Shown: in pieces, positions 63,168-64,000 of the stretch
How positions within the stretch are numbered: position 1 is the stretch's first letter
How the letters are laid out: the number at the start of each line of letters is the position of its first letter
Origin: Chrysomallon squamiferum
Taxonomy: Eukaryota > Animalia > Mollusca
Reading direction: 5' to 3'
NCBI GenBank assembly: GCA_012295275.1
Contig: CM022674.1
Location: 10,726,001 to 10,790,000 of the forward strand
DNA: 64,000 nt
The notes under the pieces: generated by a model
Databases searched by the model: none
Told to the model about the DNA's origin: nothing
Seen by the model: only the letters and a program-made list of their open reading frames with translations
Translations under genes and position numbers: made by a program

Positions 63168-63211
63168 TGCGCATGCGCTTCTCTTCGCACAGACTCTGTG
63201 TTCGATATCGA
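63168..63211. promoter_or_regulatory. G-beta promoter elements: NRF1-type TGCGCATGCGC (63168-63178) and palindrome TCGATATCGA (63202-63211)
   Basis: Motif matches immediately upstream of the putative first exon. Confidence 0.55.
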
Positions 63212-64000
63212 TCGAGGAAGCAAGGACGCTCGAGAATAAAGAAATGATATTGATATTATTTCAATTTTTGTTTAATATATTTCACGATATTTATTAATAA
63301 TTAAAATTTATTTCAATGTAAATAATAGTTTTTATCTCAATGAATTATAAAAATATCCACAAATATAAATATCTAAACTTAAAAACATTAATTTGCTTAT
63401 GTTTGAATATTGCTTTCAATAATCTACATATATATGTAACAACTTAAAATGTTTCAGTATTCTGATAAACTCTGTTAAATATGTAATATCATTCTTCTTG
63501 ATAATACAAAAATCTGTTTTGTTTGAGCATAAATAACCATTAATATATTTAGATATATGTTTAAACAAATATTCACTCTCATTATCACTTTGTACTTTTT
63601 CTTCTTGTTATATTATTATTATTGTTATGTTGTTGTTGCTGTTTTCTTATCATTATTAATGCTTTCATATTCTTCATATCTGTTTCATAGTCTGTATTTT
63701 GTTTATTTTCATCCCTTTCCCCACCCCCAATTAAGCTGACGTTGAATGATTTTATTATTTATTACTTGATATAAAGAAACATATTGCGAGTATTTGTGTG
63801 TAAACATAAATTTTTGGTTGTCTGTTTCTGTGTATGACTGTGTTTCTAGGTTATAATGGTTGAATACTGTGTAATACATTACCTTGACTTGAAAATTTAA
63901 TTACATCAGTTAATTAAAACACACACACGCACACACACACACACACAAACAAAAAAACCAAAAAAAACCCCAATAACAATAAAAATTAATAATAAGTAAA

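Overview
AT-rich, microsatellite-rich animal genomic DNA with GT-AG introns; probably a mollusc or other lophotrochozoan, inferred from composition and the G-beta sequence. Four protein-coding genes can be reconstructed by hand. (1) An intronless, divergent 14-3-3 (zeta-type) on the minus strand, 13435-14208. (2) A single-coding-exon, divergent GDP-fucose transporter-like gene (SLC35C1 family) on the plus strand, 16548-17621, head-to-head with the 14-3-3. (3) A 9-coding-exon caspase-2-like gene (CARD plus QACRG caspase domain, 545 aa), 23744-32825, plus strand. (4) An 8-coding-exon G-protein beta subunit (343 aa), 45746-59972, minus strand, with two upstream non-coding exons and a promoter near 63.1 kb. 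The most striking observation is a hidden paralogous copy of the second CARD exon at 25409-25572, inside the first coding intron of the caspase gene and absent from the ORF track. It is 31/44 identical in protein to the main exon, but 24 of those 31 residues use different codons. Spliced to exon 1 it encodes a 97-aa CARD-only protein, a candidate built-in decoy for caspase-2/PIDDosome signalling; alternatively it is a mutually exclusive CARD variant carrying a 1-nt frameshift. The left 10 kb holds two abutting minisatellites (30-bp and hairpin-forming 49-bp units), transposon relics and the probable 5' end of another minus-strand gene. All calls were made by eye without database searches.
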